Shown here piece after piece: positions 52,201 to 64,000 of a stretch of 64,000 nucleotides of DNA (the stretch's first letter is position 1; the number at the start of each line of letters is the position of its first letter). The translations under genes were made by a program, and so were the position numbers. The notes beneath the pieces were generated by a model. The model did not search any database. It saw nothing but the letters and a program-made list of their open reading frames with translations, and was not told where the DNA came from. The DNA comes from Tubiluchus corallicola (taxonomy: Eukaryota > Animalia > Priapulida): contig JAQGDQ010000231.1 of the NCBI GenBank assembly GCA_030141605.1, positions 292,516 through 356,515 of the forward strand, in the 5' to 3' direction.

Positions 52201-53357
52201 GGACCCTTTGCACCTCCAGCTAGCAAACAACCAAGTCTAAAAATGACAGCCCTCTCATATTCCTGAACAACCTACAGATAAAAGTGAAACGAAACATATT
52301 GTGGTGCAACCCTAGTTTTATTCTGCACTACAGTACTAATTCATATGATCTGTATCACTGAATAAAATGCAACTGAAAAAGTAACATTTTCAATTATTAC
52401 AATACAACCTAACTTTTTAAAAAGCTGATCTGCAACTAAACAGTTCGAAGTTTATCGCTCACACTTTTATTTATTCTTTATATAGTTTCGTATATTAGGA
52501 GTTGTTATACATCACTTAACAGCAGCGTGTAATACTAGCACATATACCCATGTTGATAATTTTGGCAGAATTAAGAATTTAACTCCGTACCAAGGATAAG
52601 AACAAAACAGACAGAAGCAACATGGCTATGATTAGCTGCACACGATACAAAAAGCCAAAAGCAGCATGGTAGATGAATTGCCAAACTTCAGAAATAACCT
52701 TCCTACTGATCGTTTGTCCATTTGCTAACCAGGCCTACCAAAGTCTATTTAGGTTTAATGACTACGCACTTCAAGTGTATTAAGCTTATAATTTAACTTA
52801 ATTTTTCTTTGCCAAATTATTTTCATTTATTTGGAAGCCATACCTTGATACAGAAGCACAATGAAAAAGGAAATGTGACCAGAACTATCAGGTAAGAAAG
52901 AATAGTTAAAACGACTCCGCAGCAGCCAATACCTTCACTTCTTTGATCTGCAAATGTGAAAAATAGTTACAAAAAATGTTCGTCTATCAGGATTAGTCTG
53001 CCAAGTAACCAAGCACTTGATACCTTGAAGATATTAGACATAGAGCAGACACATCAAATTGTGTAGACTAAGCAATTGTACAAATGCAAACATGCACGAA
53101 AGCACTTATGTACATTCAGATGCATAAATATTAAAGATTATTTAATTCACTGTCAATATATACAGCAATTGGAAAAGTATTCAGTTACAAAAAATGACTA
53201 ATACTAAACGGAGGAAAAACAATTAATATGAGGATCTTAACACTTTAAACTTAAAGAAATCAAATAGTTACTTATAAAAGTTAACATATACATACATACC
53301 AGGCGAGTGCAAGTTATCTCGCTGCTGCATTTCCATGGCATCCTTGTCTACAGGCAT
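46240..53357 (-). CDS. STOM: Stomatin/band-7 (SPFH, MEC-2-like) protein; exons 53357-53300, 52947-52844, 52271-52199, 50717-50635, 48769-48566 (or alternative 49011-48808), 48062-48007, 47047-46969, 46431-46240
   Basis: [10 protein letters not shown].../[159 protein letters not shown]; all GT-AG with consistent phases. Confidence 0.95.
48808..49011 (-). other. Duplicated alternative stomatin exon (204 nt, phase 0-0) with an in-frame TGA at 48832-48834
   Basis: [67 protein letters not shown]; acceptor TTGCAG and donor GTAGTC; same length as exon 48566-48769. Confidence 0.85.
51252..51720. mobile_element. hAT-like MITE in a stomatin intron
   Basis: TIR TAGTGATGGGCGATT / AATTGCCCATCACTA; perfect 8-bp TSD CTTCTGCT. 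Confidence 0.88.
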
Positions 53358-54989
53358 TTTATTGCTGGTGTTTTGTACTCCTTACACAAGAGCAGAAAAA
53401 ATGCTCTGTAAAATGAGAAATTAATGTTGCTTACCATTGCTTATCAATATTTTTAACATTATCATCTATGGACAATTTCAGACAATAATCAGCAAGTATA
53501 TATCTTCAGCGTAAAAAATTTTGAAATTCTTCTTGTAGACCTCTTAAATAGTTCTACTGCAGTTTCCATAAAAATAAATCTAGCAAAAGTTGTGATTTCG
53601 GTTTTGACAGTGTTCGCTTTACAAATGTGACTTTTAATTTTCGCTAATGTCGTTTAATTTTTAATTCATTCTAAGTAATGCCGACAATTTGTTTGTCGAT
53701 ACTTATAAAATTGGAAATTCAAGCCGAGTGATTAGGATTCGAACTGCAACCAAATAGCGTCAACAATTTGACTGGAAATTTTTTTCAAGGGTTCAACTTG
53801 AGACTTGTAGTAATCTGATAATGTATTGCTCGTTGAATCATTAAATACCACAAAAATCCATTACACCTGTTTCAAGGATTGAATAAGTACATTAATAATT
53901 TGGATGCGAATTCACTTGTTTTGCTGACATAGCAATAGAGGTATTCCCTTTATCTTTGTTTAACTGAGACAATTTAATCTTTGACTGAACCACATGCGAG
54001 CACTGCAGCTATTGAGTAAAAGTATGGAAGAATTTGCAGTGGGTTTGCAAATTCTGTTGAAGAATTACTTATTCATTTGAAATGAGCAAAGCAAAAATTT
54101 GCTGATTAAATGTTTAAAAATAAAATGGTTAATTTATGGGGAAATATTGTTTCCATAACAATGAAATGACTTCAGGCATTATCAGCTGTATTTCTGCTCA
54201 TGTGTCTAGCTACCAGTTTTGATGTGTCAGACATGTTTAATCTCAGTTAATTTGTGTTAGCAATAGTTCGACCAATTACCTTGTGAAAATTATTTCTTAG
54301 GTGCCTGTAGTTAATTACAAAATGATAAAATAATAACAACAAACAATGGCACAGACATTAGTCATGTACATTCTAACGTTTATTACCGTAGAATACTATA
54401 GATCGATAAGGTGAAGCTTATATGTAGGCCTTTTGCCCATTGTTTGCTCTCTCATTATGTCTCTATTTATATCATTTTTTCTCCCACTCTTATTACTGTT
54501 ATTTTCTCTCTTGCGTTGTTTCTCTGGTGAAAAGGCCATCTAGAGGCAGTTATAATGGTAGGATGTGGAAGTACAGTAAGTGTCTAAGTGAAATGGTTCA
54601 ATTAGATGCTAACTGAAGAAGAATAAATTTTTTGGATTTTATTTTTACAAATTTAAACTTGATTCTGATTGAAATACCATTTACAGAACATTAAATGATA
54701 AAACATCACATATATTTAAAATGTTCAATAAAATGCACAATAACAGAAAACCTACAATGTAAAATTCATTTAAAATCTGCCTACATCACAGGTAAAATAC
54801 AACAAACCTTAAACTGCAAAACTGCGTAAATTGCACTGGTAAGGCTAAAGCATTTAATCTACAGTGAGGCATAAAAGAAAAAAATGTTATACAATTATCA
54901 ATACAAAAGTGATGCGGCTTTATACTCCCAATCGCATTCATGGGTAATTACTGAAAACTGTATGTGAAGCATCTTAATTAAAATTACAG

Positions 54990-55720
54990 TTCACGCTACT
55001 AACTTGTCAATTAAGCCTTTTGGGTACTTTTTTTCAAGCAAAACTGCAATATGTAGCATTTTTAGATCTTGGGCATCATAATGACCGAGGCAACCTACAA
55101 ATTGCACAGTGACTAGGTCTACATTTAGGTGAACTTCCACTACATCCACGTATTTAAGACTCTTCCCTTGTTTTGCATTACTGATATTCTGTAGCTTGTT
55201 AAATGGAATTGTGAGTTCTAAAACAGTTGCTGAATGCTCAGCTATGAAAAACATGTTTGGTTTCAGTGAAATTGACACATTACTTTGCAGAACAGATCAG
55301 AGCTGTTGTTATTCGTTCTCCCATTTGGTATATCTGTATAGCACCTGTGACAAGGGATTAAATTTCTGTATGTAGTACCAGAGAGTCTGTAATATGCAAT
55401 CATATCTCTAAGTGTATCTAAATAAATTAAATACAACATTGCAGCCATTTAATATGTGAGCAACGGTACATTTCAAGGCACCCCAGATGAGGCATTTTTC
55501 TTCTGTTTGGATTTTCCATCTTTTTTTATTCATAGGTGTTGATAGCATGTTACAACCACCTCTAACCAAGAATGATATTTGTGTTTATGCAGCACAGCAT
55601 ATATCGACTCTGCTTCCAAATTTCAAATTATTTTTGAGCTTGTTTTACAGTTCATATAACTCAAACTTATTGTCCCATAACTGATTCAGACTTTATTGAA
55701 ATTTAGCCCTGGCTTTAGCC
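54990..55720 (-). mobile_element. Remnant of a restriction-like-endonuclease non-LTR element (R2/NeSL/HERO group), C-terminal part
   Basis: TVAHILNGC zinc-knuckle remnant followed by KPNMFFI..ATVLELTIPF..NISNAKQGKSLKY (PD..(D/E)xK-type REL region), degraded. Confidence 0.6.
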
Positions 55721-56619
55721 GATTTGTGCTTCATGGCTTCGGGCTCCGTTTGTAGATCATATAGAGAGTGTTCTGAACAACTGCCACTGTTTGGCGAAAA
55801 ACTGAAGGACCTGATCACTTTTGTCAAAAATTAGTGATCAACATTTCTATCAATTTTGCTGTTTGCTGATAATAACTGATCACCGATAGATCGCAAGTCG
55901 GATAAAACACATAAGCATTGCAGAGCTATAAAGATATTTTCAAACTATGTTGTCTTATCAGTTATTTCACATGTCAAAGATATTTTATTCATAAAATTTC
56001 AATGATATATCTTCATTATTTACTTGATTTTCGAGATTTTATTTATTAATTTTACCAACATAGTTTAAAATAAAAGCCATATGTATCAGTGGAACTTTGA
56101 AATCTCACTGGGATTCCATAAATTTATGGTTTCTATATTACCAAGCACCAGTTTTCATCTCCTTGAACAGAGAAACAAGGATGAAGTAGGTCTATAAATG
56201 CATTAAGTTTTCAGCTAAGACACAGAAAGCTAAATAAGTAACACAGTGAAACAGAAAGCTAAATAAGTAGCACAGTGAAATGGCTTAAATGATCAAAACG
56301 CAACAACGAGACAGAAATGCTTAATCTGCCGAGTGTCTGGCCAGTGCCCATGGAGATTTGGCTCTCATCGGAAAGACAAGTGAACAAAATATAGTTGCGG
56401 TATGTAAATAATTTGATTGTAACAATATGTTAAACAATTCAAAATTTTTGAGGTAAATTTCAAATATATTGTTTGGGTGATCTTAAAAATTCAGCCATTT
56501 TTATGGCGAGATCAGCTGAACCAGTGATTAATTAATGAGAAACCAATCACAATCAAATGCACACTGTTCATTCATCGATCACCGATCACTATTAATAGTA
56601 CTAAATATAGGATATAGCA

Positions 56620-57470
56620 CAGCATATAGGCACATGACAAAAATTTATAGGTAGGTACCATATGAGCATGAAGCTAATGAGTTGCAAAGTGATTTAGCCG
56701 AGTTATGCAGGTGGAGTGTGGATTGGCAGATGATTTTCAATGTCGATAAATGCAAGGTCATGCACTTTGGATACAACAACCCTGGTAAAGGGTAATCCAT
56801 TAGACAAGAAAAGGATCTGGGTGTGACAGTAACTGATGACTTGAAATCTGCAAGCCAGTGTGCTGAAGTGGTGAAGAGTGCTAATCAAACATTAGGAACG
56901 ATAAAGAGGCAGTTCGTATCTAGAAACATCACAACAACCATGAAATTGTACAAAAGCTTGGTAAGGCCTAAATTAAGAGTATTGTGTACAAGCATAGAAT
57001 CCCCACTATAGAAAAGACATTAAGCTTCTAGAATCTAGAGGGTGTGCACCGTAGGGCGACTAGCATGATTGAAGGTATGGAGGAAATGCCATATCAAGAG
57101 AGGCTTAGAAAATGCTCACTTACAACCTTAGACTTGAGGAGACATAGAGGAAATTTGACAAATGTATAAAATTATGTATGGGTTAGGTGGCATTGAAAGA
57201 AAAAAATGTTTACAGTGGTAAGTGATGGCAGAACCAGGGAGCATCCTCTTAAGTCTAAAAAAATTTAAATACAGAGCCAAATTGGATTGTAGAAAATATT
57301 TTTTCACGGAAAAAGTGGTTAGAGAGTGGAATCAACCTCCCATCTGAAACTGCTAAAGCTTCTTCAGTGAACAAGTTCAAGAACAAGCTGGATAGATATT
57401 TAGAAATTAGATACGAAATATGGGGTTACAATGAGCTTGCTCGATTAACCTCTACCACTCTTAGTCTTAA
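56620..57470 (+). mobile_element. 5'-truncated CR1-type LINE fragment
   Basis: LQSDLAELCRWSVDWQMIFNVDKCKVMHFG, EKDLGV, LYKSLVRPKL, YQERLRKC, FFTEKVVREWN, NKFKNKLDRYL. Confidence 0.88.
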
Positions 57471-59715
57471 TTTTAAGAGTGGCGGTATGGTATGGTTGCT
57501 GGATGTTGACCATAACTGGCACTCAGAAACTTGGTTCGGTCCTACTAGACATTGCTGATGATTGATTCACCAACTTGCTACTGGAACTCTATTTAATACT
57601 TGAGACTTAACCAAAAAGGCATTATTAACACTAATTCGATTTGTTGCGTTTTAAATAGTGCACAACACTCAGTTTCCCCGGTTTTATTTAACATACCTGT
57701 GTATATATAATTAATTTCTTGACCAATATCACGGCATAAAAACTGGCGAAAAGTGAAATAAACAACGTTTAACTTTAATATTCCACTGATAGGACTTCTA
57801 AACACACAACAGTGATTCAACAAGAAGACATTAATGCGCAAAAACTGTTTCAGCATTTTTGCGCAGTGTATCTCTGTTCGCTTGGTGGCTTCGTTTTACT
57901 ACCGTTTGACACTCACCAGACTTTGTGACGACAAGTTTATCAACAACGTGGTCCGCTGGGCGCACACCAAAATCAGTAAACCCAACATAAGCTAAGCTAT
58001 ACGCCTCTCCGCACAAGAATAATTTTAATTTATACCAACTATGCTCTCACAGTGTAATATATGGTGAACAGTATGTGCTGAAATGTCGACAATGGTGTTA
58101 GGTTCTTCCCAGGCTATTTCAAAGCATTTCGAATCATTATCAGCATAGTAATAATAATAAAAACATAATATTGCAATGTTCAGTTCACTAAATTTTGCAC
58201 TTTGCAATAGCCCTTACAGGTCCTATTAGTTTAAACATGCAATATTATTAAGACAGCTGAATCGTACATTAATAATTTTTAACACTTGCGAAAGAGTCGC
58301 AATAATTATGCTATAGCTATGCATGCACATGGAGCATGCACACAGTAACCTTTAGCTGGAATGGATACAAAACATGAAATAAATAGTACAGAGCAACAGA
58401 GTAATAGTACAGGCTTTTATTGTAAAAAAAGTCTCAAGATAGCTAGCTCCAGTATGTCTGGCGGGGTTGAGGTCGGCCAATTTCCGAGTATTTCAGCTCG
58501 ATCTGCTTCAGTCATACCTCTCAACATTGCAAGCTGTGTAACATCCTCAAGGCGTCCACATTAAAGTTTGAGAGCATGACAGATTCTCCATTGATTGAGC
58601 TTGAACTTGAGCAACACTCTCGTTTTGAAAATTGTTCAATACAACTGCTCGTTATTTTTGTATACTACGCCATCTATAGTAAGCAATTACAGTATGTTAC
58701 ACATTGTAGTTCTACGTACATCTGATCTCAGAATAGAAAATTGCATGAGCTTTTTGATCTAGCTTTCAGATTCAGCTCTGAGGCACATTCTGGGTGCGTG
58801 GGCCGTGCACAATAGGTGGTGTTTTGGTTGAAACCTGCTCACAAATTGAATCTAAACGCCAATAGAACACTAAAAATGTAACAAAAGCAAAGTTGAAAAA
58901 GAACAATAATTTTTTACTCTACATTATCGATCGTCCATTGTTTGAATGAAGCAAATCTGAAAAAACTGATTGCAAACAGTTGCGACATTTTACAATGTGT
59001 GTATAAGCCAAACTGTTTTGAAAAAGCGGTATTCATGCAGTCTAGGTGTAGTACTCGAAAGAACGTCTAACATAACATGAAATCAATCATAATTGCATTA
59101 GATAGTTTCCAAAAAATTTGTGCGTGTGTAGTACCATAATTTTACCGCTACAATGTTGACAACAACGAAATTTTACACAACAGTTACTGTACTGAATTTC
59201 AATCACATGAATCACCTCAGGGCTCAGGCTACTCAATGGCATATATTTATACGGAAACAATATCAAATAATTTTGTCTACTGTAATCGTTGGCAACATAA
59301 CATTTTCGATAACAGCTACCGTATGTACTGAATTAAAGAATTTCCATCACGTTGTCGAAATTCACACACCCGTTAGAATATTTTTTTTAACAAGCAAGTG
59401 TCAATGCTCGAACACTCTAAGTTATATTCTGAGCTATGTGTATAAGACACCGTTGGCAAACTCGCCTTTCTTGACAAATGAATCATTAAAAATGATAACA
59501 TTTTTGTGTTGTGAATTTCTGACACTTTTTCGTCGTTTGCTTTGTGCTATCACACAATAGATTATTTTGTCTGTAACTATTACTGCTAGCCAGCTAGCTT
59601 TCATATTGGATTATAAATAAATTGCATAAATTGAGTCGCTTTGTCTTTTCGTACGCTTTAGCTCATCAGATCATATGAGATCTTTGTCTTCAACCCGGCC
59701 TCCTTTCGTACCAAA

Positions 59716-61889
59716 CTAGAGCGTAACGATGCCAAAAGCTGGTGGTCCGTCTGCATCTGCATCTGCTTAATTAAGATATACGTTAAGCATGAATATAGAA
59801 ATACTGAGTATATGCCATTACGTTTTGAAACTTATAACATAACAAAAATTAAAATAATATTATTACATAACTATAACTACCCGTGCCGCCAATAGTCAGC
59901 ATGTAAATGGGGCGTTTAGTCTGACGTCTAGTCTGTCTGCGTATCGACAAGCACATTAACTAAAATCAAAAGGTTGAAGCTATGGTCACCAAACTTAGAG
60001 ATAGCAAGAGCTGGATACCCATTGATTTTGAATTCACATGTCAAAGGTTAAGGTCACAAGACCAAAAATTCATATCAAATTAAAGTGGATTAAAAATTGG
60101 TACAGAGATAAGTTTAGACAAGACTTGGAATGCCATTGCATTTTGTTCCAAAGGGTCTATGTTCAGGCAACAATGTAAAAAAGAAACAATGGCTGTACGA
60201 GCTATAAATTCAAACCTATAATTATTAAACTTGGAGTACAGAAAGATTTAGGCAAAAACCATAAAACTGCTGTTTTTTCTTCTAAAACGCCAAACGAAAT
60301 CCAGGCCTTAAAGTGAAAATGTCAAAAAATTTACCCATAGTAACGTCATGCGAGGTCGGTAGTATGACAGACCTCTTGTGGTATCGGGGGAGGGGGGAGG
60401 CAAGATTAGAAGCAACCAACGAACTTTATCGGAATGACATCGTAGAGCATAAAACAACGTTTTATAATAAACATGACACACTGAAACTACTATTTTAGTA
60501 ACTTATACAATCCCTATAATTTATGACATAGGCAATGCATAAGTTACTAGCCCTAAGTTACTAATATTTTACATTTGAACATTAATCATACCTGGTGGCG
60601 CGGACGCTGGACGTACGACTGCTCCGTAACCAGGATATTCAGGATTATATGCAGCAGGACGTTCCTCGTTATCTGAAATTGTTGCCTTTTCGTTCACTGG
60701 CACTCCTAAAGCATTTACATGGCTGTTAAAAATTAATTTGTTGCCTGAAACATTATTTATTTACTTTCATTTTTCTTTTCTTCTTTCTTTTCAGTCTTCC
60801 TTCCCTGCACCCTTCTTTCCGTCCTGGTTTTCATCACTCCTTTCCTTCTTTCTTCGCCCCCTTCCTTCTTTATTTGTGTTTGTGTTTGTTCTTCGTGTTT
60901 GCATCTGTCTGCCCGACTAGTGCCTATCGCTCAATCGGTTGCTATATACCTGTCCATCCATCAGTTTTCATGTCTATTTATCTATCGGCTTATCAACATA
61001 TCCATTCATTCATCTATCTGTCCATCTGTCTGTCCGTCCATTCATCCAATCATCCTTTCACATTTCCGTCCATCTGTCTATCTATCACTATTCTAGTTTT
61101 GTTGCAATTAGTTAAAAGTATTACCCTGTCATATTTAATTATACAACCTTGTCCTTGACGAGTTCCAGCAGATGACTGTCTGGTCGTATCCGGTATGGTA
61201 GACCTTCTCTTCATCTTTTTATATATGTAATTACCAATGGTAAAGATAGCCCCGAATAGCAAAATTGCAATGATTCCCATAATCACAATCACCACTGTCT
61301 TCAAGCCTAAAATAGAATTATTTTGTGAACTAAAATAAAAAAATGTCTTTTAATCATTAAGTATAGATGATGTTGCTGTAAAAATATAAGTATCAGCACC
61401 TGAATTGTTCACAGACGAAAAAGAAATCCAAGTTGATGAAAGGGACTGGTTCTTATGATTATGTTCACTTTTAGAAAGCTTGTCAAAATTACTTTATATA
61501 AAAAGCAACGTCTTGGTTTCTCATTTATTATTCGTTTTCTGCCTGTCAACAGAATCGTTAAGCCAGAACAAGACATTTTGAACCTCTGGTGGCTCATTAG
61601 AAACCTAATAAGATACCCTGATATTTTATAAGACAACATGGTAAGACTGCCCCCAACACAGAAAGAAATTTAACGCCTCGTGCGTTTATATTCCCCAAAA
61701 GAGTACTGCAATTAGAAATAAAACAACTTAGGACTTACAGGCCCGATATACTGTTTAAAAAAAATATACTTAACCGTCTTTTTCTGGCGGTGATGTAACT
61801 GTCTGTATTGTTGCAGTAGAATCGGTCGAATCTTGCAAGTTGAACAACGATGTATGTGTCCTACCAGATGACAGAATAACTGCCAACAT
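59716..61889 (-). CDS. Putative orphan single-pass membrane protein (about 144 aa); exons 61889-61775, 61306-61148, 60705-60592, 59762-59716
   Basis: Hand-spliced with three phase-1 GT-AG introns: S/T-rich N-terminus, TM VVIVIMGIIAILLFGAIFTIG followed by YKKMKRR, P/Y-rich tail ERPAAYNPEYPGY..SAPP, ending GIVTL; start uncertain. Confidence 0.5.
59878..60310. repeat. Possible Helentron/HINE-like interspersed repeat remnant
   Basis: TCTGTCTG micro-repeat followed by GTCAAAGGTTAAGGTCAC and ACCAAACTT motifs reminiscent of such elements; boundaries approximate. Confidence 0.3.
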
Positions 61890-62355
61890 GTTGCAATAAT
61901 AATCTCACCCAGATGAATAACAAGCATAAAATCAAGGTAACTGGTGTGGTTCTTATGCTCCACGGCTTCCGCGCGAACATAATCTTGGAGCTGTTGTCAA
62001 AAGAAATGGTTTAACTGGCTTTGACTTTTGCGAGCTTTGGTTTGTTCTGGAGAAAGCAAATTTCATTGAATAGTGTTATTTAATGCATGAAACCATTATT
62101 CTTCACACACTTCTTTCTAATTGTACCAACAGAGAAGCACAAGTTAAGCGTCGGGTCTCCAACGAAAAGTCTGCCAAAAGATTATGCATGTAGATTTAAA
62201 GGTCGTATGATATCGCACCTTATGTTGATTATGATCGAAGTTCAACCCCATAACATGAAACGTAGTAAATCACAAAGTGTAGCTAACATTCGGGAATATC
62301 ACACGCGCTCATGCGCGTGTTCGCTTACTCATACACTTACGCAATTTGTTTATAT

Positions 62356-62502
62356 ATTCATTCATTCTTTCGTTCTCTCACTCATTCACTTATTCAATCT
62401 TTCATTTATTTGTTCGTTCATTCATTCTTTCGTTCTCTCACTCATTCACTTATTCAGTCTTTCATTTATTTGTTCGTTCATTCATTCTTTCATTTATTCA
62501 TT
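62356..62502. repeat. TTCA-rich low-complexity region with a 60-bp tandem period
   Basis: The 60-nt blocks beginning near 62357 and 62417 are almost identical. Confidence 0.85.
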
Positions 62503-63904
62503 CCTCATGGGGGTTGGGTTTATTTTACTGCTATTGGTTAAACTTAGAAAAATACAGCAAAGAAATTTGTAGAAAAACTGTCTATAAAACATAAAGTTGA
62601 TATATACTAGCGCTGTATAGAGATTTTCAAGCGCGGTGGTAGCCGTCATTTACTTGAAAATTATAACGTAACTGGTGGACCTTCGTGACTTCTATGACGT
62701 ATCGTGGCTTTCCCTAAGCGTGAGCTGCAAACTAATTCAAGCTTTTGCAGCTGTTCATGCAAAAATATTACACTCTCGAAGGTAACTAACAGTGCGCTGT
62801 TTTTCTTCAGCCAATAAATGACGTCATTGGTGGAAGAAAGGGATGCAAATGAGAGCGCCCAAGCGTAAAATGATCTCCACTTTAAAGTGATTTTACTAAT
62901 AACGCGATGCGCTTATCGCACGTTTCTTACTAAATCCTTCTGACATGTTTTGCCAACATTGAAATAAGCCTAACTTCTTGGAAGAATTGGCCTTTCCTTT
63001 AATTTTTGATAATAAAGAGAAATCTGTAAATTTCTATATATTAGAAAAGTAAATAACCTTTACGTTGTTTAATGATTCAAACTTATAAATCACATGGCCT
63101 AAATATAGAATTGTGAATTTAAACCTATATAGGTTGTCTTTATATGTTGTTATCATGCTGGCCTAAGCAAAACAAAACAAAATAAAAATAATTGAGTATA
63201 CTTGTTGTTAGTCTTTCAAAAATAATAAACCAGAAACACTTTCTCGTAATAAACATTACAGTGAAATGCTACGATTTTATACCTCTGATTTTGTAATGCA
63301 AGTGAGGGCATTGACTTTCATTTGGTTGAGACGTTGGCCCGCTCGACGTGGGTAGAATTCGTGTGTTCTGCATGCGCTCCGCCGAACAGATCTAACTGAT
63401 TTCACGGCTTGATGCATAACAACAATTATTATTCGCTGTTGATTCTGCTCAACAGGAGTTTGTTCCTAGTGAAAATAAGGTGCATGACGTAGAAATACTT
63501 CCTGATTTACTATAATATACATTAATTTGTAGGAAAGCGTATAACAACTTTGTTTTGGACATTAGATGCGTTTGAATGTTGAATATTGAATATCATTGCA
63601 CCTATTGTTAAAATAAGAGTGTCATTTAATAATATACGCAAGACAATTATAATTATAGTGTTTAGTGATACATCTAGAGATTCTGATGCTTGCCGTAAGA
63701 CAATGTCGGTTTTGCTCGTGACGATGCTTGCAACGCTCGCTTCGAAAGTAAGATGACAAGAAGAAAAAATAGTTTGGTAAGAGAGTATCCTAACTCAAAG
63801 GGCCACATTGATTATACGTGTTGCTGAAAGCGAAAAAATCACTTTCTACAGACGGGAAAGATGTTTCCCGTTATAAGCTACGTAACTGTGTGTAAGCAGC
63901 CACC

Positions 63905-63916
63905 TTTACTTACTTA

Positions 63917-64000
<84 letters not shown>
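63905..64000. repeat. Compound tetranucleotide microsatellite (TTAC)n(TTGC)n(TTAC)n running off the window end
   Basis: Seen directly. Confidence 0.95.

Noticed and set aside
55832-56591. Possible hAT MITE with TAGTGATC / GATCACTA ends
   Set aside because: TIR very short and no convincing TSD; not supportable without other copies
59153-59560. 135-aa plus-strand ORF
   Set aside because: No recognisable motif or splice support; likely chance, antisense to the 3' region of the orphan gene
62087-62594. Overlapping hydrophobic ORFs (also 43170-43558 and 60738-61158)
   Set aside because: Produced by TTCA, CT and TCTA low-complexity repeats

Overview
AT-rich metazoan (invertebrate-type) nuclear DNA with spliceosomal GT-AG introns; it is not prokaryotic, and most ORF-track entries are spurious or exon fragments. 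Host genes read by hand: metaxin-1/3-like (minus, 5 exons, runs off the left edge) head-to-head with an 8-exon ADP-dependent glucokinase (plus); three tandem SLC35G1-like EamA transporters with intronless CDSs (two intact, one pseudogene); a stomatin/band-7 gene (minus) with a tandemly duplicated 204-nt exon, the copies only 38 nt apart and one carrying an in-frame TGA; and a putative 4-exon orphan single-pass membrane protein. Repeats: a young full-length Ty3/Gypsy element with LTRs, PBS, PPT and TSD in metaxin intron 1, an old degraded Gypsy, five non-LTR remnants, and several non-autonomous DNA transposons (Tc1/pogo-, hAT- and Kolobok-like), some nested. All calls come from manual reading; no database search was run.
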